From Octopus bimaculoides (lineage: Eukaryota), in the NCBI RefSeq assembly GCF_001194135.2, contig NC_068984.1, positions 108,740,516-108,804,507 of the forward strand: a stretch of DNA of 63,992 bases, read 5' to 3'. This document shows, piece after piece, positions 40,012 to 52,153 of the stretch. How positions within the stretch are numbered: the first letter of the stretch is position 1; each line of letters starts with the position of its first letter. Made by a program: the position numbers and the translations under genes. The notes under the pieces were generated by a model. The model searched no databases and was not told where the DNA came from. It saw only the letters and a list, made by a program, of their open reading frames with translations.

Positions 40012-40460
40012 NNNNNNNNNNNNNNNNNNNNNNNNNNNNNNNNNNNNNNNNNNNNNNNNNNNNNNNNNNNNNNNNNNNNNNNNNNNNNNNNNNNNNNNNN
40101 NNNNNNNNNNNNNNNNNNNNNNNNNNNNNNNNNNNNNNNNNNNNNNNNNNNNNNNNNNNNNNNNNNNNNNNNNNNNNNNNNNNNNNNNNNNNNNNNNNNN
40201 NNNNNNNNNNNNNNNNNNNNNNNNNNNNNNNNNNNNNNNNNNNNNNNNNNNNNNNNNNNNNNNNNNNNNNNNNNNNNNNNNNNNNNNNNNNNNNNNNNNN
40301 NNNNNNNNNNNNNNNNNNNNNNNNNNNNNNNNNNNNNNNNNNNNNNNNNNNNNNNNNNNNNNNNNNNNNNNNNNNNNNNNNNNNNNNNNNNNNNNNNNNN
40401 NNNNNNNNNNNNNNNNNNNNNNNNNNNNNNNNNNNNNNNNNNNNNNNNNNNNNNNNNNNN

Positions 40461-40500
<40 letters not shown>

Positions 40501-41692
40501 CTATCTATAGATTATATATGAATATATTTGAATATGTAAGTACATGTATTTTTATGTGTGTGCATGCGTATGCGTGTGAGTATGTATGTGTGTGTGTGTG
40601 CGTGCGTGTACACACACATATGATATATATGTCAAAGCGCTTGCGCACATACATTCAAGTACAGATTTGTGTCTGTGCCTTTGGATTTGTGGATGTGTGT
40701 GTGTGTATGTATGTATGTATGCGTGTATGTGTGTGCATGTGTGCGTGTATCTGTGCCTGAGTATTTTAGTACTAACTGTACGTGTATTTCCAAAATCCAC
40801 CCGGATTAGTATTGACTAGGATACCGGTGTGAAATCATCACATGGATCAAACAATACAAATACCCGTGTGTAAATTCGCAGATCTGCAAAAATCCACATC
40901 TACTACATCTCCCTATTTATTGAGCACTTTTATATTTTCGCTCCTAGGCCCATACATATACAGGTATACACATGCGCTTACATATACATGTATATAATAT
41001 AATAGTTAATTTCTTGTAAAGAAAATTAAAAAAACAGGTTCTTGTTGTTGTTGAGAGAGAAATACATTGTACATACACTGTATGTGTGTGTGAGTATTAG
41101 TATGAGAGAGAGTGAGTATTTGTGTGTGTGTATGTGAGAGAGTGTTTGTGTGTGTGTGTGTGAGAGAGAGTGTGCGTGTTTGTGTGAGTGTGTAAAAGCC
41201 AGATAGGTAGACTGTTGTCACTATCACTATGGTAACAAGACTTTCACTATGTTACAGTCTACTATTAAAAGAAGGTACTCTTACGTGCGTGATTAACAAA
41301 TATTTTTTACCGCCAGCGTAGCGACGGATAAATACCTAGCATGATGAAATAGTTAACTTTGGAGCAGGCTGGTTTCGTACCATCTTTACTTACTCATTTC
41401 CTGCTTTTGAGTTCAATCTCAGACATGCATTAACCACAGCGTCCAGACTTCATTCCGAAGAATGTTGGCTCTCGTCTGGAATTCCTTCTGTCGATTTGCC
41501 TTTTGTTCTGTCGATTTGTAACTTAAGTTTTTGCCTGTCCATAGAATTTTCATAAACTTGTCTTAAGCATCCATGTTTGTTTTTAGATTTTTTTTTGTTG
41601 GCTTTTGTTTCATACATTTTAAAAATAATACAAAGCATTCTTTTCATAAGTACCAGGTTACTCTATTGGTTGAAACAAATTGGACATATATA

Positions 41693-42102
41693 CTTTTACA
41701 CTTTTACACTTTTACTTGTTTCAGTCATTTGACTGCGGCCATGCTGGAGCACCGCCTTTAGTCGAGTAAATCGACCCCAGGACTTATTCTTTGTAAGCCT
41801 AGTACTTATTCTATCGGTTTCTGTTGCCGAACCGCTAAGTTACGGGGACGTAAACACACCAGCATCGGTTGTCAAGCGATTTGGGGGGGGGACAAACACA
41901 GACACACAAACACACACATACATATATGTATATATACATATATACGACGGGCTTCTTTCAGTTTCCGTCTACCAAATCCACTCACAAGGCTTTGGTTGGC
42001 CCGAGGCTATAGTAAAAGACACCTGCCCAAGTTTCCACGCAGTGGGACTGAACCCGGAACCGTGTGGTTCGTATGCAAGCTACTTACCACACAGCCACTC
42101 CT
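41693..42102 (-). mobile_element. SINE family B, full length
   Basis: Colinear reverse complement of 31583-31990. Confidence 0.92.
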
Positions 42103-42329
42103 AATCCACGGACACCAGGGAAATATGTCCTGTGATACACAGGACAGGCGAAGTGTTAAAGACGAACGTTAATCGCGTTCATGTAACCGATCGTAAAGGT
42201 CCTGGGGAATACCTTGGACACGCCTCTTTCTTAAGATAGGACGAACAGGAAAAGTGTGCACAAAGCCGGGAATTTCAGCGGTTAGTCGGTCACATCGACA
42301 TCAGTTTAATGAAACAATAATACTCCCTA

Positions 42330-42680
42330 GGAGGCGCAATGGCCCAATGGTTAGGGCAGCGGACTCGCGGTCATAGGATCGCGGTTTCGATTCCCAGATG
42401 GGCATTGTGAGTGTTTATTGAGTGAAAACACCTAAAGCTCCACGAGGCTCCGGCAGGGGATGGTGGCGAACCCTGCTGTACTCTTTCACCACAACTTTCT
42501 CTCACTCTTACTTCCTGTTTCTGTTGTGCCTGTAATTCAAAGGGTCAGCCTTGTCACACTGTGTCACACTGAATATCCCCGAGAACTGTGGAGTTCTCAG
42601 CCACTTGCACGTTAATTTCATGAGCAGAGTGTTCCGCTGATCGGATCAACTGGAACTTTCAGGGTGCCAACAACAACAAC
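42330..42680 (+). mobile_element. SINE family C with 18-bp TSD
   Basis: aaacaataatactcccta (42312-42329) / aaacaacaatactctcta (42681-42698), 16/18 identical. Confidence 0.88.
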
Positions 42681-42694
42681 AAACAACAATACTC

Positions 42695-43510
42695 TCTAAT
42701 TTTGGCACAAGACCAACAATTTGAGAAGACGGGGGCAACTCGATTATGCTTGACTGGTACTTTATACTATCGAACCCACAAGGATGAAAGGCAAAGTTGA
42801 TCTTGGCTGGATTTCAACCGGAAGAAATACCGCTAAGCATTTTGTTTGACACGCTAACGATATTGCTAGCTCACCGCCTTAATGGCTTCAAATTTTGGCA
42901 CAAGGCTAGCTATTTTGGGATAGTGGTGGAAGGGATTAGTCATCTACATCGACTCCAGTGACTGGCACTTTATTTTATCAACTCTGGAATGATGAAGAGC
43001 AAAGATGAACTAAGAAGGATTTGAACTCAGAACGTAAAGAGCGGGAACACATACCGCAAAGAATTTCTACCCGACACTCTAACGACCTTTCAATCCAATA
43101 AAACAACAGCAATAATCCTTTCTACTATAGGCACAAGGCCTGAAATTTGGCGGGAGGGTCTAGCAGATTACATTGATTTCAATACTCAAATGGTACTTAT
43201 TTTATCGATTCCGAAAAGATGAAATACAGAGTCGACTTCAGTGGCATTTGAAACCTAAACGTAAAGACGGACGAAATGCCGCTTAGTATTTTCTTCGGCG
43301 TGGTCACGATTCTGCCAGCTCACCACCTTGTAAAACAATACTTGTAAGGCCAGCAATTTCGGGGAACGGTGTTAGTCAACGCCAGTGGTCTAATGGTGCT
43401 TATTTTATCGACCCTGAAAGGACGAATGACAAAACCGACCCCGGCAGGATTTGACCTCAGAATGTAAAGTCGTAAGAAATGCTGCTAAGCATTTTTCTGG
43501 TGCAGTAACG
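42695..43510 (-). mobile_element. Head-to-tail array of four family A SINEs
   Basis: Units at about 42695-42881, 42882-43088, 43111-43330 and 43331-43510, each with central-domain remnants and a gaaat(a/g)ccgctaagcattt-like head on the minus strand. Confidence 0.8.
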
Positions 43511-43640
43511 TATTCTTTCTGTTGAAGAGCGTAGCTCGAAACTTTAAAGACTTTCTCTATTCCCGAGCGTTAAACTAATACATACTTTTGTTGTTTACAC
43601 CACCTGTCCTCGTCTGTTGTTGTTTTTTTCGTAAATTCTC

Positions 43641-43642
<2 letters not shown>
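43511..43642 (+). mobile_element. Family F HHR-bearing repeat ending in (TA)n
   Basis: HHR, then actttctctattcccgagcgttaaactaatacat...gtaaattctccc, then (TA)n. Confidence 0.85.
43514..43550 (+). ncRNA. Minimal HHR-like motif, family F (A6U)
   Basis: TCTTT-CTGTTGA-A-GAGC[GTA]GCTC-GAAA-CT-TT^-AAAGA; perfect 5-bp stem I and 4-bp stem II. Confidence 0.65.
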
Positions 43643-43672
<30 letters not shown>

Positions 43673-44079
43673 NNNNNNNNNNNNNNNNNNNNNNNNNNNN
43701 NNNNNNNNNNNNNNNNNNNNNNNNNNNNNNNNNNNNNNNNNNNNNNNNNNNNNNNNNNNNNNNNNNNNNNNNNNNNNNNNNNNNNNNNNNNNNNNNNNNN
43801 NNNNNNNNNNNNNNNNNNNNNNNNNNNNNNNNNNNNNNNNNNNNNNNNNNNNNNNNNNNNNNNNNNNNNNNNNNNNNNNNNNNNNNNNNNNNNNNNNNNN
43901 NNNNNNNNNNNNNNNNNNNNNNNNNNNNNNNNNNNNNNNNNNNNNNNNNNNNNNNNNNNNNNNNNNNNATATATACATCCCCTCACCCAAAATTGACATA
44001 ATTTCGTAGTGTAATAATGTAGCCAATTCTCGCTCAAATGATCTCAAATTTTAACAAAATGTGTAAAAAACAACCAAGT

Positions 44080-44347
44080 TTGGATCGGGCGTGCCAGTAA
44101 TAATGACAATTTGCCGTTGAAATGGCTACCACGTTCACCTGACTTGACACCATGTAATTTTTTTCGATGGGGCTACGTGAAAGGACTAGTATATATCCTG
44201 CTTCTTTCTACAAGCTTGGAGGAACTGAGGAAAAAAATCACTGAGGAGAATGCCACGCAAGACATGCTACAGCGTGTTTGGCAGGAAGTGGACTATCGAC
44301 TTGATGTGTGTCGTGTCACAGGCGGTGCGCATTTTGAACAGTCGTGA
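44080..44347 (+). mobile_element. Tc1/mariner-superfamily transposase C-terminal fragment
   Basis: WIGR...KWLPRSPDLTPCNFFRWGYVKGLVY...SLEELRKKITE...LQRVWQEVDYRLDVCRVTGGAHFE matches the WPPRSPDLTPxDFFLWG catalytic region. Confidence 0.9.
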
Positions 44348-44481
44348 AGTTTGTGAAATCGGTTATAAAATCTACGCCTATTTAATTTCGTTTGCCTAGG
44401 ACATGGAGTTACTCAGATATTCACATTTGAAATGGTATGTATGTATATATCTTGCTTAGCCAGGAATATATATATATGTAC

Positions 44482-44517
<36 letters not shown>

Positions 44518-44554
44518 TTAGACATATATGTACCTATGTATATATGTGTGTCAT

Positions 44555-44630
<76 letters not shown>

Positions 44631-44656
44631 GCTAGCTAGCTAGCTAGCTAGGTATA

Positions 44657-44770
44657 AGACAGGCTTCCTTTAGTTACCGCCTATGAAGTTCACTCACATG
44701 GCTTTGATCGGCCCGAGGCTAAAGTAGAAGACACTTGGTCATGGTCTGGACCCAGAAGCATGTGTTTGGG
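44657..44770 (-). mobile_element. Diverged family B 5' module
   Basis: gctttgatcggcccgaggctaaagtagaagacacttg. Confidence 0.7.
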
Positions 44771-45714
44771 NNNNNNNNNNNNNNNNNNNNNNNNNNNNNN
44801 NNNNNNNNNNNNNNNNNNNNNNNNNNNNNNNNNNNNNNNNNNNNNNNNNNNNNNNNNNNTGGGTATCGAAGAACGATAAGCTGGAAACAAAACGGTTTTT
44901 TTTTTGTACTCCACGTTAGGTAACCAGGGTTGCGGAGTGTGCGAATAAGAATACAAGAATTACGGAATGGAGTGTCTAAGATCCGGGCTACATATATTTC
45001 ATAGATGGCGCAACCTCAGAAGTGGTAAAAATCCGAGCCGGCTACTCTTCAGGCCAAGGATATCCTGATTAAATTAAAGGTTACATTGTCGTAAGGATGT
45101 ACATGTTGACGCATGTAACGTTCAATAAAAAAAAAACAAAAAACAAAACACACACACACGCACGCACACACATATGGTGTATATATGTTATACATATGTG
45201 TTTTATATGTATATATATATGTTATACATATGTTATATATATATACATATATGTTATACATACATGTTTTATATATACATATATGATACATATATAACAT
45301 ATATATATATATATACACGTACATTTATATATGTGTGTGTGTGTATCTCAATATGTCAACCTATCTTTCTATTTATATAATATCACTATGAATGTGTGTG
45401 CGTGCGTTAGTGTGCTAGTGTGTTTATATGTACTGTCTAGGCGCACATGTTTTATAAAATGTATATCATTTGATCAGCAGATTAAACGTCATTAACCCAA
45501 ACTGATTGTATGAATAGTAATAATAATAATAATAATAATAATGAAAAATAATTAAAATAATAATAATAAATAACAAAAAAAAAAAAATAAACCTGTACAT
45601 TTTTTTTTTACATATCGTAAGTAAAATTATTTTGGCAATGATATATTTTCTTAGTCACTCTCGCTTGTATTTCATATGAACCAGACTTTTTATTATTTAT
45701 GTTGTGTGTTTGTA

Positions 45715-45755
<41 letters not shown>

Positions 45756-45972
45756 TTTTGTGTTCATTATTAAATGTTCTGCCATTAAGAAACTTTGCCA
45801 AATTTTAGTACACAATTTGTATTTCTTATTATGTGGTACGTAACATATTTTGCTTTACAATATTGGTGGTGGTGGTAGTGGTGGGGGAATTATCCTGTCA
45901 AGCTTGTCCTCATTTCGCTTTATATATTTCCGTGTGGGCATACACATAGATGTATGTTTGAATGTATGCATG

Positions 45973-46045
<73 letters not shown>

Positions 46046-46205
46046 CGAAACTTATATACATACATAAGGACATACGTAGTATATATATACCTACTTACCT
46101 ATATACTCATATACTTATGTACAAACATATTCATAGATACCTGCCTCCTACACACGCTTATACATAGATACATATATACACACAAAGAAGCATATATGCA
46201 TATAC

Positions 46206-46276
<71 letters not shown>

Positions 46277-46277
46277 C

Positions 46278-46458
46278 AGGGAGAATTCCCCAAAAAAGAA
46301 ACAAAAGACGAAGACAGGTGGTATAGAAAACAAGCAGATGTATTAGTATAACGCTCAGGAATTGAAAAAAGTCTTTAACGTTTCGAGCCTACGCACCTCC
46401 ACAGAAAGAAACACAGAAAGAAACAAGGAGAGAAAAAAAAAAGAGAGAGTGGTTAGCG
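46278..46458 (-). mobile_element. Family F HHR-bearing repeat, 3' end in (ATAG)n
   Basis: Colinear with 37152-37290; HHR at 46372-46409. Confidence 0.85.
46372..46409 (-). ncRNA. Minimal HHR-like motif, family F (A6U)
   Basis: Minus strand: TCTTT-CTGTGGA-G-GTGC[GTAG]GCTC-GAAA-CG-TT^-AAAGA. Confidence 0.6.
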
Positions 46459-46558
<100 letters not shown>

Positions 46559-46573
46559 CTATGTCTATACATA

Positions 46574-46788
46574 CGAAGGGGTGCTGAAAAGTTTCTGGTA
46601 TTAAAGGTGTCGCGAAAGGCCTAGCTGAAAGCCCAAACTTCCGAGATCTTTTACAGGGCTTAGAAAAAATTGAAGGAGTGCTGCAATAAGTGTGTGAATC
46701 TGAGAGGGGAATATATTGCATAAAATCATAATTAACTGATCCTGTATTTTCTTTTACCTCAAACCAGGAACTTATCAGCACGCCCTCG
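46574..46788 (+). mobile_element. Mariner-derived MITE (family H)
   Basis: Ends CGAAGGGGTGCTGAAAAGTTTCTGG ... CCAGGAACTTATCAGCACGCCCTCG; interior as 12030-12247. Confidence 0.85.
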
Positions 46789-46828
46789 TCTTACATGCAT
46801 ACCAATATTTAAGCATACCTACATACAT

Positions 46829-47035
46829 ATTCTTTTATTCTCTTATTTGTTTCAGTAATTTGACTGCAGCCATGCTGGAGCACCACCTTTACTCGAACAA
46901 ATTGACCCCATAACTTATTCTTTGTAAGCCTAGTACTTATTCTATCGGTCTCTTTTGCCGAACTGCTAAGTTACGGAGGCGTAAACACACCAACATTGGA
47001 TGTCAAGCGATAGTGGGGGAACAAACACATACACA

Positions 47036-47077
<42 letters not shown>
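46829..47077 (-). mobile_element. SINE family B 3' module running into (CA)n and a gap
   Basis: Matches the reverse complement of the B 3' half. Confidence 0.88.
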
Positions 47078-47999
47078 NNNNNNNNNNNNNNNNNNNNNNN
47101 NNNNNNNNNNNNNNNNNNNNNNNNNNNNNNNNNNNNNNNNNNNNNNNNNNNNNNNNNNNNNNNNNNNNNNNNNNNNNNNNNNNNNNNNNNNNNNNNNNNN
47201 NNNNNNNNNNNNNNNNNNNNNNNNNNNNNNNNNNNNNNNNNNNNNNNNNNNNNNNNNNNNNNNNNNNNNNNNNNNNNNNNNNNNNNNNNNNNNNNNNNNN
47301 NNNNNNNNNNNNNNNNNNNNNNNNNNNNNNNNNNNNNNNNNNNNNNNNNNNNNNNNNNNNNNNNNNNNNNNNNNNNNNNNNNNNNNNNNNNNNNNNNNNN
47401 NNNNNNNNNNNNNNNNNNNNNNNNNNNNNNNNNNNNNNNNNNNNNNNNNNNNNNNNNNNNNNNNNNNNNNNNNNNNNNNNNNNNNNNNNNNNNNNNNNNN
47501 NNNNNNNNNNNNNNNNNNNNNNNNNNNNNNNNNNNNNNNNNNNNNNNNNNNNNNNNNNNNNNNNNNNNNNNNNNNNNNNNNNNNNNNNNNNNNNNNNNNN
47601 NNNNNNNNNNNNNNNNNNNNNNNNNNNNNNNNNNNNNNNNNNNNNNNNNNNNNNNNNNNNNNNNNNNNNNNNNNNNNNNNNNNNNNNNNNNNNNNNNNNN
47701 NNNNNNNNNNNNNNNNNNNNNNNNNNNNNNNNNNNNNNNNNNNNNNNNNNNNNNNNNNNNNNNNNNNNNNNNNNNNNNNNNNNNNNNNNNNNNNNNNNNN
47801 NNNNNNNNNNNNNNNNNNNNNNNNNNNNNNNNNNNNNNNNNNNNNNNNNNNNNNNNNNNNNNNNNNNNNNNNNNNNNNNNNNNNNNNNNNNNNNNNNNNN
47901 NNNNNNNNNNNNNNNNNNNNNNNNNNNNNNNNNNNNNNNNNNNNNNNNNNNNNNNNNNNNNNNNNNNNNNNNNNNNNNNNNNNNNNNNNNNNNNNNNNN

Positions 48000-48190
48000 C
48001 CTCGTGGGCATCGGTGCCGATTTTTTCTTCCTCCGTTTTTCCATTCTTTGAACTTTCCTTGTTTCCGACGAAGGGCTCCGCCCGAAATGTCATACTCTCT
48101 CTCTTTCCTTTCCCGAGCGTCTAATAACACTATCCGTATCACGTCCTCACGTTGTTGTTTTTTGTTATTGTTTTTGTCTTTTTTTGAACT
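48000..48190 (+). mobile_element. Family F2: F-related HHR-bearing repeat ending in (TA)n
   Basis: HHR at 48061-48095 followed by tttcctttcccgagcgt (shared with F) and a T-rich end; 5' side lost in a gap. Confidence 0.7.
48061..48095 (+). ncRNA. Minimal HHR-like motif, family F2, GUC cleavage triplet
   Basis: GTTT-CCGACGA-A-GGGC[TCC]GCCC-GAAA-TG-TC^-ATAC. Confidence 0.7.
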
Positions 48191-48220
48191 TATATATATA
48201 TATTTACACACACACACACC

Positions 48221-48642
48221 CTCTTATTCGTTTCATTCACTGGGCTGCTGTCATGCTGATGCACCGCTTTGAAGGGATTCAGTCGAACAGACCGACCCTA
48301 ATATCTTTTAAAGTCCGCTATTTATTTTATCGGTGTCTATGACGATCCCTTAAGTGAAGGGGAGGTAAATAAACCAGCCTCGGTGGCTAAGAGTTGGAGG
48401 GCACACAAAAACGTGTGTATGCTCACACATATACACCACGGGTTTCTATTTAGTAACAGTCTACCAAATTTACTCTCAAGTAATTGATCGGCCAGAGGCC
48501 AAAATAGAAGACACTTATCCAAGGTGCTATACTTGTCCGAGACACTTGTCCGAGACACTTGTCCGAGACACTTGTCCAAGGTGAGACTGAACCGGAAGCT
48601 ACGTGGTTGCAAAGCGACCTCCTTAACCACATAGCTATGCCT

Positions 48643-48644
<2 letters not shown>
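48221..48644 (-). mobile_element. Old, diverged full-length family B SINE with an internal 13-bp minisatellite
   Basis: Both modules recognisable; acttgtccgagac x3 plus a partial unit at 48531-48581. Confidence 0.75.
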
Positions 48645-48728
<84 letters not shown>

Positions 48729-48729
48729 A

Positions 48730-48763
<34 letters not shown>

Positions 48764-48966
48764 TTTGACCTAATACATGAAGAAAGAAATGCTTTTCTAC
48801 AGGTCTCTTGAGTTTATCGTATCTCGTTTGACCTTATCACTGATTTTATCCAAGAGTCTGTGTCCTCTTTTCTCAAAATTAGGCGAGATGAACATTTTAC
48901 TGGTATAAACTATAGTTAATGCGATATGTGATAAACATTATCATATATCGCATTAAGCTATGTAAT

Positions 48967-49115
48967 AGTCACCGATTACACAGCATAGATATTGATGTGA
49001 AGCTCCAGCAGCGGATAAAATATGCCAGCGTAACCTTTGGTCTCCTGAGAAGACGATTATATGAAGAGCATGGTCGGAGACAGCCAGCCATAATTATGGC
49101 TTATAAAGTAAGTTG
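48967..49115 (+). mobile_element. RTE-clade LINE RT fragment
   Basis: IDVKLQQRIKYASVTFGLLRRRLYEE...MAYKV resembles the RTE motif EIxxRIxKASxAFGRLxxRV..K.KVYKA. Confidence 0.65.
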
Positions 49116-49339
49116 TTGCACACACGCTACTGCTACAGCTCTGACGATTGGACAAGTTATAAAAGTGATATCTCTATAAATTTGAAATATGACTGATAGA
49201 ATCTGGCTTCTACAATAAGTGGGTGCGAAAGGGCTTGTGGGAAAATCTGCCTATGATCTCATAAATACCTGCCTCCAACACACGCTTATACATAGATACA
49301 TATATACACACAAAGAAGCATATATGCATATACCATATA

Positions 49340-49781
49340 GGCGCAGGAGTGGCTGTGTGGTAAGTAGCTTGCTTACCAACCACATGGTTCCGGGTTCAGT
49401 CCCACTGCGTGGCACCTTGGGCAAGTGTCTTCTACTATAGCCTCGGGCCGACCAAAGCCTTGTGAGTGGATTTGGTAGACAGAAACTGAAAAAAGCCCGG
49501 CGTATATATGTATATGTATATATATATGTGTGTGTTTGTGTGTCTGTGTTTNNNNNNNNNNNNNNNNNNNNNNNNNNNNNNNNNNNNNNNNNNNNNNNNN
49601 NNNNNNNNNNNNNNNNNNNNNNNNNNNNNNNNNNNNNNNNNNNNNNNNNNNNNNNNNNNNNNNNNNNNNNNNNNNNNNNNNNNNNNNNNNNNNNNNNNNN
49701 NNNNNNNNNNNNNNNNNNNNNNNNNNNNNNNNNNNNNNNNNNNNNNNNNNNNNNNNNNNNNNNNNNNNNNGAGTAAAAGAG
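49340..49781 (+). mobile_element. SINE family B (3' module mostly within the gap 49552-49770)
   Basis: Near-consensus 5' module; gagtaaaagag tail after a gap of about the expected size; tatacc on both sides. Confidence 0.88.
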
Positions 49782-49786
49782 TATAC

Positions 49787-49834
<48 letters not shown>

Positions 49835-49911
49835 AGGGAGAATTCACAAAAAAACAAACAAACAAAAGACGAAGACAGGTGGTGTAGAAAACAAACAGAT
49901 GTATTAGTATA
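49835..49911 (-). mobile_element. Family F, 5'-truncated (no HHR)
   Basis: agggagaattc...gaagacaggtggtgtagaaaacaaacagatgtattagtata matches 46278-46350. Confidence 0.8.
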
Positions 49912-50112
49912 CATCTGAATTTCTGGGAAAAAGAGAACCAGAGCTCTTAATGCAACGGGAGAAGCAGCTGAGAAGAGTTCGATTTGGATCTGGTGAACGA
50001 GGAATGAAATTGGACTTCAGAAAGTATAATTTACCCTGCAGCGAACTGGTGTCTTCGACTAAACTGGTTACAATACACAAGTTATCTTGGATTTGGGATA
50101 CCTTAACCATTC

Positions 50113-50331
50113 AGGAGGGGATGCTGAAAAACTTCCTGGCTTTAAGGGTGTCACAAAAAGCCTGAGTGGAGGCCCAACCCTCCGAGTTCTTTTACAGGAC
50201 TTAGAAAACTGAAAGACTGCTGCAATAAATGTGTGAATCTGAGAGGGGAATATGTTGAATAAAACCATGATTAACTAATCCTTCTGTATTTTCTTTTAAC
50301 TGAGAGCCAAGAACTTTTCAGCATCGTCTCG
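50113..50331 (+). mobile_element. Mariner-derived MITE (family H), diverged
   Basis: Same interior and TIR remnants as the other H copies. Confidence 0.8.
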
Positions 50332-50449
50332 TAATACAGACAATAGCACAGAATGTGGCAGCAGAAGGGTGTCCAGGAATTCATGGCGTGGATGCAGCCC
50401 GGTTCCCTTAGAGTATAAAGAGATAAGGACTGAAACACAAGAACGAGGA

Positions 50450-50650
50450 CGAGAGGTGGTCTTCTACGCTGAAGATCTTCTACTGTTCAGCTCTATCTAG
50501 AGTTTCATGCTACTAGAGATGCCTGATGAAGAGCTTGGCCATTCAGTGGCTGAACAAACGGCAGTATGTCAGCGAGCTCGAGAAAGTCAATATCTTCTGC
50601 GTGGAAACCACCATAATTATGCGATATCAGCTTCGTCGCGCTGGCCATGA
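50450..50650 (+). mobile_element. RTE-clade LINE RT/thumb fragment
   Basis: RCLMKSLAIQWLNK...ELEKVNIFCVETTIIMRYQLRRAGH resembles RCLRxILxIxWxD...xQLRWAGH. Confidence 0.75.
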
Positions 50651-51093
50651 ATGAAAACGGTGGACCATTGGTTATATGAATAAATGTCTTACTCATGGAT
50701 AAGTGAAGGAAAATACGCATAGAGACAAAATGAAATGATTCAAAGATGTATTTAAAGGAAATACGAAAAATCTGGCATCAGTGTGTGAAAATAGTAATTG
50801 TGGGTGAATAACCGATGCAAGTGCAAACGGACGAATCGCCTATGATAGAACACAACACTTCAACATAACCTCAAGCAAACATTTAATTTATAAATGTCAG
50901 AGAAGAAAACATTTCGACGGAAACAACAGCATCTCCCGCAGGACAAGAAATGTATTCTCTGCAGCTAGACTTATGGATCACGCATTGGTCTACATATTTA
51001 CATGTATGTACTTGAAAGTTAACTCTGGCAGAGAATCGTTCTTCACTCCGAGGGATTGCCGACAAAAACGATATACACACACATATATGCATA

Positions 51094-51168
<75 letters not shown>

Positions 51169-51325
51169 AGTCAGTCAGTCAGTCAGTACGGACGGTCATG
51201 TACCTGTCTATCCATCCATCCATCCATCCATCCATCCATCCATCAATTCACCTCGCTTTTCGTCGTACTTCTTTCACACGGACTTTAATCGTAGTTCTAA
51301 CTGATTTCTAATTAGTCGTAGAGAA

Positions 51326-51374
<49 letters not shown>

Positions 51375-51920
51375 AAAAACGACTTCGTTTAGACAAATTA
51401 TGATATGTCCTGTGAAGTACATGTGTATCTATTTTACACATACACGTACACATACAATGACATACATATATATACATACATATGTACATATATACATTCT
51501 TACACATACACACTCACACACGCACACATATATAGGCATGCACATACATAATATGAAAATGGACAAATAAAGCTGGCCGTTTTTATTATCCAGTTTTATC
51601 GCCTCCAGACACAGAGATTGTAAATACAATATATGTATTTAGTTTGATAATACATATCTAAGTCATTTATCGATTACAAAAGTCAATAAACTCTGTTTAT
51701 AATTTGATTTATTTCAACTGGGTCCTCCAATAACTGATCTTTTCGGCCATTTTGTCTGCAATTATTAATGCTATAAGACATAATAGTTACATTTTATTAG
51801 TGATATCGTATTTCATACATATAATGGCTGTAAAGTAAGTGTACCTATATATGTAACCAGAACTCTCAAGGACCTTTTGGATCAATCTAAAACGATTGGA
51901 AAATTTCGAAAATGTCCATT

Positions 51921-52153
51921 TTAACCCCCTTGCCTGTCTTATGTATCACACGTGATACACAAGACACATTTCCATATCGTCCATGCATTATATATGATAC
52001 AGTTTCCCATTTTCTATGTTCAACCAGTGGATTAATTGGGACTGATGAAAAGAAAGTTTGATATGACTAAGAGCTTACGAAACAAGGGATAACTAAAAGT
52101 TTGAAATGCTTAAAACAGGTTTACGAAGTTGCTTTGGACAGACAAAAGGTTAA
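51921..52153. mobile_element. Possible piggyBac-type MITE (225 bp, TTAA TSD)
   Basis: TTAA-CCCCCTTGCCTGTC at the left end; the reverse complement of the right end is TTAA-CCTTTTGTCTGTC. Confidence 0.5.

Noticed and set aside
50523-50535. CTGATGAAGAGC hammerhead-like core
   Set aside because: Lies in RTE coding sequence (CLMKS); no stem II/GAAA partner.
52042-52085. CTGATGAA...CGAAAC hammerhead-like spacing
   Set aside because: No closing stem II or stem I can be formed.
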